Source: Gammaproteobacteria bacterium
Lineage (GTDB): Bacteria; Pseudomonadota; Gammaproteobacteria; SURF-13
Reading direction: 5' to 3'
Assembly: GCA_003599485.1 (NCBI GenBank)
Contig: QZKM01000025.1
Span: forward strand, 2,577 to 66,576
Length of the DNA: 64,000 nt
The position numbers were made by a program, and so were the translations under genes. Under the pieces are notes generated by a model. The model searched no databases and was not told where the DNA came from. It saw only the letters and a list, made by a program, of their open reading frames with translations. Of the stretch, positions 30,734 through 39,645 are shown piece after piece; positions within the stretch are counted from its first letter, which is position 1, and the number at the start of each line of letters is the position of its first letter.

Positions 30734-32821
30734 TTATATCTTGTACGTCTTTCTGCGCGCGAATTCCTCTTGTTTGCCCTTGTTCCATTGATCGGTCGGG
30801 CGCAAATAGCCCACGATACGCGAATATACCTCGCAGCGGGCGCCGCATTGCGGGCAATGAGTGAATTGTCCCGCGACATAACCATGCGCGGGACAGACAC
30901 TGAAAGTGGGAGTAAAGGTGAAATAAGGCAGACGATAGCGCTCGCAAATCCTGCGCACAAGTTTTTTTATCACCTGCGGCGATTCAATCTTCTCCCCCGC
31001 GAAGATATGCAGCACGGTGCCTCCCGTGTATTTCGTCTGCAACTCGTCCTGCAAATCCAGGGCCTCAAAAAAGTCATCGGTGTAATGCACCGGCAGGTGC
31101 GTGGAATTGGTATAAAACGGCTGCGCGCCCTTCCTGTAATGTTCCTCGTTGGCGCAAATAATATCCGGAAATTTCTTTTTGTCCTTTTGCGCCAGACGAT
31201 AGGCCGTGGACTCCGCCGGCGTGGCCTCAAGGTTGTAGTTGTTACCCGTTTCCCGCTGAAACTCGATGAGTGTGGCGCGCATGAAGTCGAGCATCCTGAC
31301 CGCGAAGGCGTGTCCGGCCGGGCTCGCGATAGTCTCGCCCAGCAGATTCAGACAGGCCTCGTTCATGCCTACCAGGCCGATGGTGGAAAAGTGATTCTTC
31401 CAGTAGGCGCCGAAGCGTTGCTTGATGTCGCGCAAATAGTATTTGACGTACGGATAAAGCGATTTCTCCGTAAGCCGCTCCAGGGTCTTGCGTTTGACCT
31501 CCAGGCTGTCCCTGGCGAATCGCATCAGCCTGAGCAGGCGTTGCCTGAAATCCTCTTCATCAGCGGCGAGATAGCCGAGGCGCGGCATGTTGATGGTGAC
31601 CACGCCGATCGAACCGGTGAGCGGGTTGGCGCCGAAGAAGCCCCCGCCTCTGCGCTCCAGCTGGCGCGTGTCAATTCTCAGCCGGCAGCACATCGAACGC
31701 GCGTCTTCCGGCTTCATGTCGGAATTGATAAAGTTGGAAAAGTAGGGCACGCCGTATTTTGCCGTCATGCGCCACAGGCCCTCCAAGTCCGGGTTGTCCC
31801 AATCGAAATCCCCGGTGATATTGTAGGTGGGTATCGGGAAGGTGAATACGCGCCCTGCGGCATCGCCTTCCTGCATGACTTCGCAAAACGCCCGGTTGAA
31901 CAAATTCATCTCATTCTGGAAATCCTTGTACGGCTTATCCTGCGCCACCCCGCCGATGATGACGCCTTGTCCGGCAAGATAGCCGGGGGGGCGCAAGTCC
32001 AGCGTGACATTGGTGAACGGGGTCTGAAATCCGACGCGGGTTGGCACGTTGATATTGAAGATGAATTCCTGCATCGCCTGCTTCACTTCCGCGTAGTCCA
32101 GGCTGTCATAGCGGATGAACGGGGCAAGCAAGGTGTCGAAATTGGAAAAGGCCTGCGCCCCCGCCGCCTCGCCCTGCAGGGTATAAAAGAAATTCACCAC
32201 CTGCCCCAGCGCGCTGCGGAAATGCCTGGCGGGACGGCTTTCTATTTTTCCCTGCACGCCTTTGAAGCCCTGCGTCAGCAGGTCGGTGAGGTCCCATCCC
32301 ACGCAGTAAACCGAGATGGCGTTGAGGTTATGGATGTGAAAGTCTCCGTCCACATAGGCCTGCCTGATCTCCGGACTGTAGACTTTATTGAGCCAATAGA
32401 CCTTGCTGACTTCAGATGAAATATAGTTGTTGAGTCCCTGCAGGGAATAGGTCATGTTGCTGTTTTCGCTCACCTGCCAATCGAGCTGCTGCAGATAATG
32501 GTCCACCAGCTCAACGTCAGCCTTGGCGATGATTTCGCGCAGCGCCGCGTGTTGCGCGCGATAGAGGATGTAGGCCTTGGCGGTGGCGTGATAGGGCGAG
32601 GACAACAGCACCTCTTCCACTGCATCCTGGATTTCCTCCACGCTCGGCGTCCCGGCGCCCAGCTTCCGGCGTGCGGCATCCACTACCTCGGTGGTCAACG
32701 CCTCGGCGACGTCCGGACCGAATTCTCCCGTGGCCGTTCCCGCGCGCGCGATGGCGTGAGTAATTCTGGCGGAGTCAAAGGCCGTTACCGTCCCATCGCG
32801 CTTGATGACGGCTTCAAACAT
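30734..32821 (-). CDS. nrdD: Class III (anaerobic) ribonucleoside-triphosphate reductase with ATP cone
   Basis: VIKRDG ATP cone, SMCCRL, EATPAE, YTGGT, CPAHG...CPQC, glycyl-radical loop SRIVGYLRP. Confidence 0.95.
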   Translation of the reverse strand: MFEAVIKRDGTVTAFDSARITHAIARAGTATGEFGPDVAEALTTEVVDAARRKLGAGTPSVEEIQDAVEEVLLSSPYHATAKAYILYRAQHAALREIIAKADVELVDHYLQQLDWQVSENSNMTYSLQGLNNYISSEVSKVYWLNKVYSPEIRQAYVDGDFHIHNLNAISVYCVGWDLTDLLTQGFKGVQGKIESRPARHFRSALGQVVNFFYTLQGEAAGAQAFSNFDTLLAPFIRYDSLDYAEVKQAMQEFIFNINVPTRVGFQTPFTNVTLDLRPPGYLAGQGVIIGGVAQDKPYKDFQNEMNLFNRAFCEVMQEGDAAGRVFTFPIPTYNITGDFDWDNPDLEGLWRMTAKYGVPYFSNFINSDMKPEDARSMCCRLRIDTRQLERRGGGFFGANPLTGSIGVVTINMPRLGYLAADEEDFRQRLLRLMRFARDSLEVKRKTLERLTEKSLYPYVKYYLRDIKQRFGAYWKNHFSTIGLVGMNEACLNLLGETIASPAGHAFAVRMLDFMRATLIEFQRETGNNYNLEATPAESTAYRLAQKDKKKFPDIICANEEHYRKGAQPFYTNSTHLPVHYTDDFFEALDLQDELQTKYTGGTVLHIFAGEKIESPQVIKKLVRRICERYRLPYFTFTPTFSVCPAHGYVAGQFTHCPQCGARCEVYSRIVGYLRPTDQWNKGKQEEFARRKTYKI

Positions 32822-32861
32822 CGCTCCAGTTCACTCCTTGCGGCAACACGGCATTAACCGC

Positions 32862-33257
32862 TCACAGGCGCGGCGTCGCCTCGTGCGCGTAGGTCTTTTC
32901 ACGCTGGCTTTGACAGGTGAAGCAGCGTTTGGCGGTGGGATAGACGCTGAGCCGTTCGTAGCCGATGTCGCCGCCGCAATCAATACAGGCGCCGTAGCTC
33001 AAGTCGGCCAGGCGAAGCCATGCCGCCTCAATATCGCGTATTTCCTGTATCTGCCGGTCGAAAAGGGCGGCATCCATGTCCGCCAGCATGTCCGCGACGG
33101 ATTCATCGCCGATATCCAATACGCCGGAAACCAGATCGGCATAGTGTTTCTCTCCGGAGCGAATCAATTCCGCGCGTACTTCGTCACGCAGTTTGGTGAA
33201 ATTGTTGTTCAACAGTTGGCGCAGATTCTTCAACTGTGCGTTGGTCAAATTTGCCAT
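32862..33257 (-). CDS. DksA/TraR-family C4 zinc-finger protein
   Basis: Coiled coil with a DIGD tip, YGACIDCG...ERL...CFTCQ. Confidence 0.9.
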   Translation of the reverse strand: MANLTNAQLKNLRQLLNNNFTKLRDEVRAELIRSGEKHYADLVSGVLDIGDESVADMLADMDAALFDRQIQEIRDIEAAWLRLADLSYGACIDCGGDIGYERLSVYPTAKRCFTCQSQREKTYAHEATPRL

Positions 33258-33316
33258 GGCTCAATATCTCCTGGTATAGACGCAGTTAAGATACCTCAAG
33301 CGCGCACAGAGCAGGT

Positions 33317-33330
33317 TTGATGTAGATCAA
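33317..33330. promoter_or_regulatory. Perfect FNR box between dksA-like/nrdDG and dodecin (divergent promoters)
   Basis: TTGATGTAGATCAA; -10 TACACT (33353-33358, plus) and TATCTT (33293-33288, minus). Confidence 0.85.
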
Positions 33331-33394
33331 CTTCCCTCCTGCAAATGTTTTATACACTGTCTTGGTCTTGTCCCAAGCGCAAAAGGAGGCCGTC

Positions 33395-33598
33395 ATGCCG
33401 CATATACTGAAAGTGATAGAAGTGCTCGCCGAGTCGGATAAGAGCTGGGAGGACGCCGCCGCACAGGCCGTCACCCGCGCGGCCAAAACCCTGCACGGCA
33501 TCAAATCCATCTACATCAAGAATTTCGAGGCCAAGGTGGAAGGCGGCAAGATCATCGGCTACCGCATCAACGCGAATATTTCATTCGTGCTGGATTAG
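33395..33598 (+). CDS. Dodecin (flavin-binding)
   Basis: KVIEVLAESDKSWEDAA...YRINANISF; AAGGAGG RBS. Confidence 0.9.
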   Translation: MPHILKVIEVLAESDKSWEDAAAQAVTRAAKTLHGIKSIYIKNFEAKVEGGKIIGYRINANISFVLD

Positions 33599-33621
33599 CG
33601 CGAATATCCCACCGTGACCGG

Positions 33622-34260
33622 TCAGCGGCCTTGCTTGCCCTCGCGCAGAATGGCGACCACCTCCTCGTCCTCCACCTGGGGAAAGTCGAGATAAAACTGC
33701 CCCACCGCCTGGAAATACTCCGGCGTGTGCAGGCAGATCACCTCGTCGGCGTAGCCGGCAACCCTGCGCAACGTACCGGGCGGCGCCACCGGCACGGCGG
33801 CGATCAATTTCTTCGGCTTCCTGGCGCGCAGCGCGTGCAGGGCTGAAATCATCGTCGCGCCCGTAGCCAGCCCGTCGTCCACCACGATTACGATACGGCC
33901 GTGCGGGTCCGCGGGGGGATGCACCGGGGTATATTGGGCACGGCGTTTGCGCATGGTCGCAAGCTGCGCCTGCTTCTCGCGTTCGATATATTCAGGAGTG
34001 GCGCCCGCGCTTTCGGCGTAGTCCGCGATATAGGTCCAGCCGCTTTCATCCACCGATCCGATGGCGAATTCGGGACTGCCCGGCGCACTGATTTTCCTGA
34101 CCAGCACCACGTCCATCTCGCCGCCCAACTCATCGGCGATCAGTTTCGCCATAGGCCCCGCGCCGCGCGGGATGGCGAGTATTAAAGGGTTCATGCCCCG
34201 GTAATGAGCGAGTTTCTCGGCAAGAAGCCGCGCGGCTTCACTGCGGTTTTTAAATATCAT
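33622..34260 (-). CDS. Type I phosphoribosyltransferase (Rv0571c/Rv2030c-like)
   Basis: FKNRSEA, AIPRG, VVDDGLATGAT, AVGQFY.DFPQV. Confidence 0.88.
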   Translation of the reverse strand: MIFKNRSEAARLLAEKLAHYRGMNPLILAIPRGAGPMAKLIADELGGEMDVVLVRKISAPGSPEFAIGSVDESGWTYIADYAESAGATPEYIEREKQAQLATMRKRRAQYTPVHPPADPHGRIVIVVDDGLATGATMISALHALRARKPKKLIAAVPVAPPGTLRRVAGYADEVICLHTPEYFQAVGQFYLDFPQVEDEEVVAILREGKQGR

Positions 34261-34295
34261 GTTATCCTCCTGTCAGGCTGACAAGGCGCACATCG

Positions 34296-35150
34296 TTACA
34301 GCACGCTGGCAAGCTGGCGGGTGATGCTGACCACACGCACCGCGCGTGGAACCGGAGTATCGAGTGTGTCGCTCACCAAAATCCCGTCTATCGGGGCCTT
34401 GGCCAGAATGGCGCGGCTCGGTGCAGAGAAGATCGCGTGCGTCGCGGCCACCGTAATAGACTTGGCGCCCTGTCGTTTCAACAGCGCCGCGGCGGAGGCG
34501 ATGGTGCGTCCGGTGTCTATCATGTCATCCACCATCAGCACCCTTTTCCCCGCTACCGGATAGCACGCCTCGCCGCGCGCGACGATATCGTGCCCAGGTC
34601 TCCGCTTGGGGATGGTGATGACGGGCAGGCCTTGCGCCACACTCTCCGCGCGCCGCCGCGCACCTTCATCGGGCGCGGCAACGATATCCGCTTTTTGCGC
34701 AACGCCGCGCCGCACCATGTCCGGCAGGCAAGTCAGCTCCGCATGGGGAGCCAGCACGGCGCGCAGCGCGGCGCTGTGCAGGTCCACAAACACCCTGCGC
34801 CGCGCGGGAATGCGGTTGACGATCCCAGCCATCATGCGCGCCAGCACCGCCTCGCCTTTTTCCGATTGACGATCCTGGCGGCTGTAGCCGAGATAGGGAA
34901 TGCACAGCGTGGCGATGGCGATACCGCTGTCCTGCAGGGCCTGCGCCAGCGCCAGCAGCTCAAACAACGAGTAAGGCGCGGGCGTGATGTTGCCCAGCAA
35001 TATGACCGGGGCGGGTTTTTTTGAAAATTCAAGCCGGAAATAATATTCACCGTCGGCGAATTGCCTGACTTCATAGTTCAACAGCCGGCAACGCTTATGG
35101 CGCGCGATTTTACGCGCCAGGCGCAGGCAATTTTTTGCCGCCAGTATCAC
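34296..35150 (-). CDS. Divergent ribose-phosphate pyrophosphokinase-like protein
   Basis: FADGE, PYLGYSRQDR, VDLH, APDEGA, VDDMIDTGRT, ATHAIF. Confidence 0.8.
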   Translation of the reverse strand: MILAAKNCLRLARKIARHKRCRLLNYEVRQFADGEYYFRLEFSKKPAPVILLGNITPAPYSLFELLALAQALQDSGIAIATLCIPYLGYSRQDRQSEKGEAVLARMMAGIVNRIPARRRVFVDLHSAALRAVLAPHAELTCLPDMVRRGVAQKADIVAAPDEGARRRAESVAQGLPVITIPKRRPGHDIVARGEACYPVAGKRVLMVDDMIDTGRTIASAAALLKRQGAKSITVAATHAIFSAPSRAILAKAPIDGILVSDTLDTPVPRAVRVVSITRQLASVL

Positions 35151-35162
35151 CGTTTGAACGCC

Positions 35163-36596
35163 TCAGCCTTTGACGCACGCCCTAGGGCGCAGGAAAGCGA
35201 CGCGCCGGGCGAGACCGGCCTTTTCCGTCGCCTCGGCCACCAGGTCCACGTCCTTATACGCGCCCGGCGCCTCTTCCGCCGCGCCGCGCATGGAACGGGT
35301 GCGGATCAGGATGCCGCGCTCTGCCAGCTCGTCAATCAGCTCGCGTCCGCGCCAATGACGCAGCGCCTGATGGCGGCTCATGGAACGCCCCGCCCCGTGG
35401 CTGGCGGAAGAGTAGGCCTTGATCTCGCTCTCCGCCGTGCCCGCCAGCACGTAGGAGCCGGTGCCCATGCTGCCGCCGATGATGACCGGCTGCCCTGTGT
35501 TGCGATAGCGTTCGGGAATGGCGGGGTGCCCGGGGCCGAAGGCGCGCGTCGCGCCCTTGCGGTGCACGTGCAGCATGCGCTGCCTGCCGTTCACTTTATG
35601 CTGCTCCACCTTGCAGGTGTTGTGCGATATATCAAACAGCGTTTCCAGCATGGCATCGGGCAGCACGCGCGCGAATACCTCGCGCGTGAGGTGCGTAAGG
35701 ATTTGGCGGTTGGCGAGCGCGCAATTGATGGCGGCGTTCATGGCGCCGATGTACTCTTGCCCTTCGGGCGACAGGATCGGCGCGCAGGCCAGTTCGCGAT
35801 CCGGCAGGGAAATTCCCAGACGCGCGGCGGCCTTGGCGAGCGAAACCAGATATTCGGTGCCGATCTGATGCCCCAGTCCGCGCGAGCCGCAGTGGATGGA
35901 CACCACGATCTGGCCTTCGCGCAGACCAAAAGCCTGCGCGGCCGGCTGGTCGTAAACACGTTCCACCACCTGCACCTCCAGATAGTGGTTGCCCGACCCC
36001 AGCGTGCCCATCTCGCCGCGCTGGCGCTTCTTGGCGTGATCCGAGACATTCTCCGCCACGGCGCCCGCCACGCAGCCGTTTTCTTCCACATAGTCCAGGT
36101 CTTCCGGCACGCCATAGCCCTGATTGACCGCCCATTGCGCGCCGCCTTGCAACACTTTATCCAGCTGCGCCGGGGCGAGCTTGAGCCGCCCTTCTTCGCC
36201 CACGCCCGCCGGGATAGTGTGATACAGGGCGTCGGCCAGGTCCTTTAACCTGGGCGTGACCGCGGGCAGATCGAGATTGGTGCGCAGACAACGGATGCCG
36301 CAGGAAATGTCGAAACCCACGCCGCCCGCGGAGATGATGCCGCCCTGCTCGGCGTCAAACGCCGCCACGCCGCCGATGGGGAAGCCATAACCCCAGTGCG
36401 CGTCCGGCATGGTCATCGCGGCGCCCACCAGACCGGGCAGCTTGGCGACGTTGGTGATCTGCTCCAGCACCTTATCGTCCATGCTGGCCAGCAGCGGCTC
36501 GCTGCCATACAGACATACCGGCGCGCGCTGCTCGCCGGCGGCGAGCGGCACGCTCCAGCGGTAGTCGTCTATTTTCTCCAAGCGCCGTATATCCAT
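35163..36596 (-). CDS. rtcB: RtcB RNA ligase (long, archaeal-like type)
   Basis: MPDAHWGYGFPIG, GFDISCG, GSGNHYLE, HCGSRG, SHN, HRKGAT, SHGAGR, EEAPGAYK. Confidence 0.96.
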   Translation of the reverse strand: MDIRRLEKIDDYRWSVPLAAGEQRAPVCLYGSEPLLASMDDKVLEQITNVAKLPGLVGAAMTMPDAHWGYGFPIGGVAAFDAEQGGIISAGGVGFDISCGIRCLRTNLDLPAVTPRLKDLADALYHTIPAGVGEEGRLKLAPAQLDKVLQGGAQWAVNQGYGVPEDLDYVEENGCVAGAVAENVSDHAKKRQRGEMGTLGSGNHYLEVQVVERVYDQPAAQAFGLREGQIVVSIHCGSRGLGHQIGTEYLVSLAKAAARLGISLPDRELACAPILSPEGQEYIGAMNAAINCALANRQILTHLTREVFARVLPDAMLETLFDISHNTCKVEQHKVNGRQRMLHVHRKGATRAFGPGHPAIPERYRNTGQPVIIGGSMGTGSYVLAGTAESEIKAYSSASHGAGRSMSRHQALRHWRGRELIDELAERGILIRTRSMRGAAEEAPGAYKDVDLVAEATEKAGLARRVAFLRPRACVKG

Positions 36597-36605
36597 ATGC
36601 GTTTT

Positions 36606-37013
36606 TCAAACATCCACCACGCAGCGCGCCTCCCAGCGTCCGTTGTTGCGCGTAACCGAGAGCATGGTGAGCGTCGCTCCTTTTACCTCCACGCCCCGCT
36701 CCAAATCCTCGCGCCACGGCTCGCCCCAGGCCTGCGCCTGCCATTGCTCGCCCTGCTTGTGCAATTCAAAACGCCCCAATGCCAGACCCTGAGTCTGCGC
36801 CTCAGTGAGCAGGCGATTCAGCCAGGTGACCAACGCCAGCTCGGTGTCGGACTCGGTGAAGCTGAATTCGATGCGCTGCGCATCGCGTACCAAGGCGGTG
36901 TCCGCCATGACGGCAAACATCGCTTGCGCGGCCGCGACAAAGGCTTCTTCCACCGTTTCCCCGTAACCGGTAATGCCGATATCGGCCTCGTGGTCAAAAT
37001 AGGCGTAATTCAT
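36606..37013 (-). CDS. Archease (RtcB activator)
   Basis: YFDHEADIG...EVKGAT...CVVDV; directly upstream of rtcB. Confidence 0.93.
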   Translation of the reverse strand: MNYAYFDHEADIGITGYGETVEEAFVAAAQAMFAVMADTALVRDAQRIEFSFTESDTELALVTWLNRLLTEAQTQGLALGRFELHKQGEQWQAQAWGEPWREDLERGVEVKGATLTMLSVTRNNGRWEARCVVDV

Positions 37014-37052
37014 TCCAAGATTAACCCTAGCACAGCCACGCCCGGTATTTGT

Positions 37053-37066
37053 TTGATCTAGCGCAA
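37053..37066. promoter_or_regulatory. FNR-type box between archease-rtcB and hypC (divergent genes)
   Basis: TTGATCTAGCGCAA, identical to the box at 25651; -10 TAGGGT (37029-37024, minus). Confidence 0.7.
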
Positions 37067-37141
37067 AGCAGGGCAACAATGACTGGCGAGACAGACAAAC
37101 GCGCTATAGAATTGAAAGCACGCGCCCTACTGGAGAGCCGC

Positions 37142-37387
37142 ATGTGCCTGGCGATTCCCATGCAGATCATGGACATTCACGCGCACACCGCGCGTTGCAA
37201 CGCCAACGGCGTGGAGCGTTCAGTGAACCTTTTTCTGATGCAGGAAACACCGCTCGCGGCGGGCGATTTCGTGATGGTGCACGTGGGCTACGCCATCCAG
37301 AAAATCACTCCGCATGAGGCGCGCTCGGCGTGGCAGCTTTACGATGAGATGCAGTCCGCGGAGCGGGAGGGCGGTTCTCATGCATGA
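37142..37387 (+). CDS. hypC: Hydrogenase assembly chaperone
   Basis: MCLAIP start, VMVHVGYAI. Confidence 0.95.
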   Translation: MCLAIPMQIMDIHAHTARCNANGVERSVNLFLMQETPLAAGDFVMVHVGYAIQKITPHEARSAWQLYDEMQSAEREGGSHA

Positions 37388-37766
37388 ACTGTCCATCTGC
37401 CAATCACTCATCAGGCAAGTCGAGACGCTGGCGAAACAGCACCGGGCGCGGGCGATTGCGCGCGTCACCGTGCAAATCGGCCCGCTCTCAGGCGTGGCGC
37501 CTGAACTGCTGGAACAGGCCTTTTACGCGGCGCGCGCGGGCACGCTGGCTGAAGCGGCGCGCCTGACAACGCTGCACGCGCCGGTCCGCGTGCGCTGCGA
37601 GCAGTGCGGCGCGGAAAGCGCGGCGGCGATCCAGCATCTCACCTGCGCCCGGTGCGGCGGCTGGCGCACACAACTCATCAGCGGTAACGAAATGCAATTG
37701 GTGAGCGTGGAACTCGTGGGCGGCGATCACGCCCCCTCAAAACAGGAGGAAACGGCTTATGTGTAA
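37380..37766 (+). CDS. hypA: Hydrogenase nickel metallochaperone
   Basis: MHELS, CEQC, CARC. Confidence 0.94.
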   Translation: MHELSICQSLIRQVETLAKQHRARAIARVTVQIGPLSGVAPELLEQAFYAARAGTLAEAARLTTLHAPVRVRCEQCGAESAAAIQHLTCARCGGWRTQLISGNEMQLVSVELVGGDHAPSKQEETAYV

Positions 37767-38538
37767 TACCTGCGGATGCGCCGTCACGCCAGCCGGTCGA
37801 GGCCTCATCTATCGGCCCATCGAGACGGAGACTCATGTCCTTTCCACACTCAATCATCTGCTCGCGGAGAACAACACGCAAGCCGCGCACAACCGCGCGC
37901 ATTTCGGCGCTCACGGCGTGCTGGCCGTGAATCTGATGTCCTCACCCGGCGCGGGCAAGACGGCGCTGCTGGAAGCGACCATCGAAGCGCTGCGCGATCA
38001 AATGCGGCTTGCCGTGATCGAGGGCGACCTGGAAACGGAAAACGACGCCGAACGCATCCGCGCTCGGGGCGTACCGGCGGTGCAGATCACCACCGGCGCC
38101 GCTTGTCACCTGGACGCGCACATGGTGCATCGCGCACTGCATCAAATTGATCTGGCCGGGATTGACATCGTATTCATCGAAAACGTCGGCAACCTGGTGT
38201 GCCCGGCGGGCTTTGATCTGGGCCAGCACCGCAACGTGGTGTTGCTCTCGGTCACCGAGGGAGACGACAAACCGGCCAAGTATCCGGTGATGTTCCGCGC
38301 CGCGGACCTGGTGCTGCTGACCAAAACCGATCTGCTGCCGCATCTGGATGATTTCGACCCGGCGCAGGCGGAGCGGCGCCTGCGCCAGCTCGCCAATCCC
38401 GCGCCGCTGTGGCCGCTCTCCTCCAAAAAAATGACCGGCCTCGAACCCTGGCTTGATTGGCTGCGCGGACATGCGCGCAAAGCGTCCGCTCCGGCTCATT
38501 CCGGCGTTGAGTTTTCCGCCGCGCTCAACCACGCATGA
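37759..38538 (+). CDS. hypB: Hydrogenase nickel incorporation GTPase
   Basis: MCNTCGC, SSPGAGKT, CHLDA, ENVGNLVCP, EGDDKP.KYP. Confidence 0.96.
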   Translation: MCNTCGCAVTPAGRGLIYRPIETETHVLSTLNHLLAENNTQAAHNRAHFGAHGVLAVNLMSSPGAGKTALLEATIEALRDQMRLAVIEGDLETENDAERIRARGVPAVQITTGAACHLDAHMVHRALHQIDLAGIDIVFIENVGNLVCPAGFDLGQHRNVVLLSVTEGDDKPAKYPVMFRAADLVLLTKTDLLPHLDDFDPAQAERRLRQLANPAPLWPLSSKKMTGLEPWLDWLRGHARKASAPAHSGVEFSAALNHA

Positions 38539-39641
38539 CCCCCCTCTCCGCCCAGGCCTGGCTGGAAAAAATCCGCGCACTGCCGCTGCACCGTAAGGTG
38601 CGCATCATGAACGTATGCGGCGGACATGAGCGCACCATCACGCTGAGCGGATTGCGTCACGCGCTTCCCTCCGACATCGAACTTATCCCTGGCCCGGGTT
38701 GCCCGGTGTGCGTATGTCCCGAGGAAGACGTGTACGAGGCCATCCAGCTTGCGCGCAAGAAAAATGTCATCGTGTGCGCCTTCGGCGACATGCTGCGCGT
38801 GCCGGTAAACGCGCCCAAGGGAGACATCCGTTCCCTGGAACAGGCCAGGGCCGCGGGCGCCGACGTCCGCCCCGTTGCCTCGCCCGCCGAGGTGGTGCAA
38901 ATCGCCTGTGACAATCCACGGCGCGCGGTCGTGTTCTTCGCCGCTGGATTCGAGACCACCATGGCGCCGGTGGCCGCGATGCTGGCGCAGGGCACGCCGG
39001 ACAATCTGTTCCTGTTGCTCTCCGGACGGCTGACCTGGCCCGCGGTGGCGATGCTGCTTGCCGGAGGCAGACCCGGCTTCGACGCGCTCATCGCGCCCGG
39101 CCACGTATCCACCATCATGGGGCCTGAGGAATGGCGCTTCGTGGCGGATAAACATCGTATCCCCGCCGCGATTGGCGGCTTCACGCCCGAAACGCTGCTC
39201 GCCGCGATTTATTCCACGCTGCGCCAGATCGGCGAGGGTGAATGTTTTCTCGACAATTGTTATCCCGAAGTGGTGTTGCCGGGCGGCAACAGCGGCGCGC
39301 AAAGATATATTGCCGAAACCATGCACGTGACTGACGCCATGTGGCGCGGAATCGACATGATTCCCGCATCGGGATTTGCGCTTAAAGAGCACCTTCTGGA
39401 AAAAGACGCGCGCCGGCGTTTTTCCTCCCGTTCCGACACCACCCGCAAACGCATGGGTGAAATGCCGCCCGGCTGCGACTGCGCCAAGGTGGTGCTGGGC
39501 AGGATTTATCCGAACGCGTGCAAACTCTACGGCCGCGCCTGCACGCCGCGCACCCCCGTCGGCCCGTGCATGGTCTCCGACGAAGGGGCCTGCCGCATCT
39601 GGTGGGCGGGCGGCGCGCGCACTGAAACCGAAACGGTGTAA
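38535..39641 (+). CDS. hypD: Hydrogenase maturation protein HypD
   Basis: CGGH, GPGCPVC, GFETT, PGHVS, GPCMVSDEGAC. Confidence 0.96.
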   Translation: MTPLSAQAWLEKIRALPLHRKVRIMNVCGGHERTITLSGLRHALPSDIELIPGPGCPVCVCPEEDVYEAIQLARKKNVIVCAFGDMLRVPVNAPKGDIRSLEQARAAGADVRPVASPAEVVQIACDNPRRAVVFFAAGFETTMAPVAAMLAQGTPDNLFLLLSGRLTWPAVAMLLAGGRPGFDALIAPGHVSTIMGPEEWRFVADKHRIPAAIGGFTPETLLAAIYSTLRQIGEGECFLDNCYPEVVLPGGNSGAQRYIAETMHVTDAMWRGIDMIPASGFALKEHLLEKDARRRFSSRSDTTRKRMGEMPPGCDCAKVVLGRIYPNACKLYGRACTPRTPVGPCMVSDEGACRIWWAGGARTETETV

Positions 39642-39645
39642 GGGC

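Noticed and set aside
30770-32419. Long antisense ORFs (for example 30770-32419, 38496-39647, 57896-58975, 58988-60160)
   Set aside because: Shadow frames opposite well-supported genes, as expected in GC-rich DNA.
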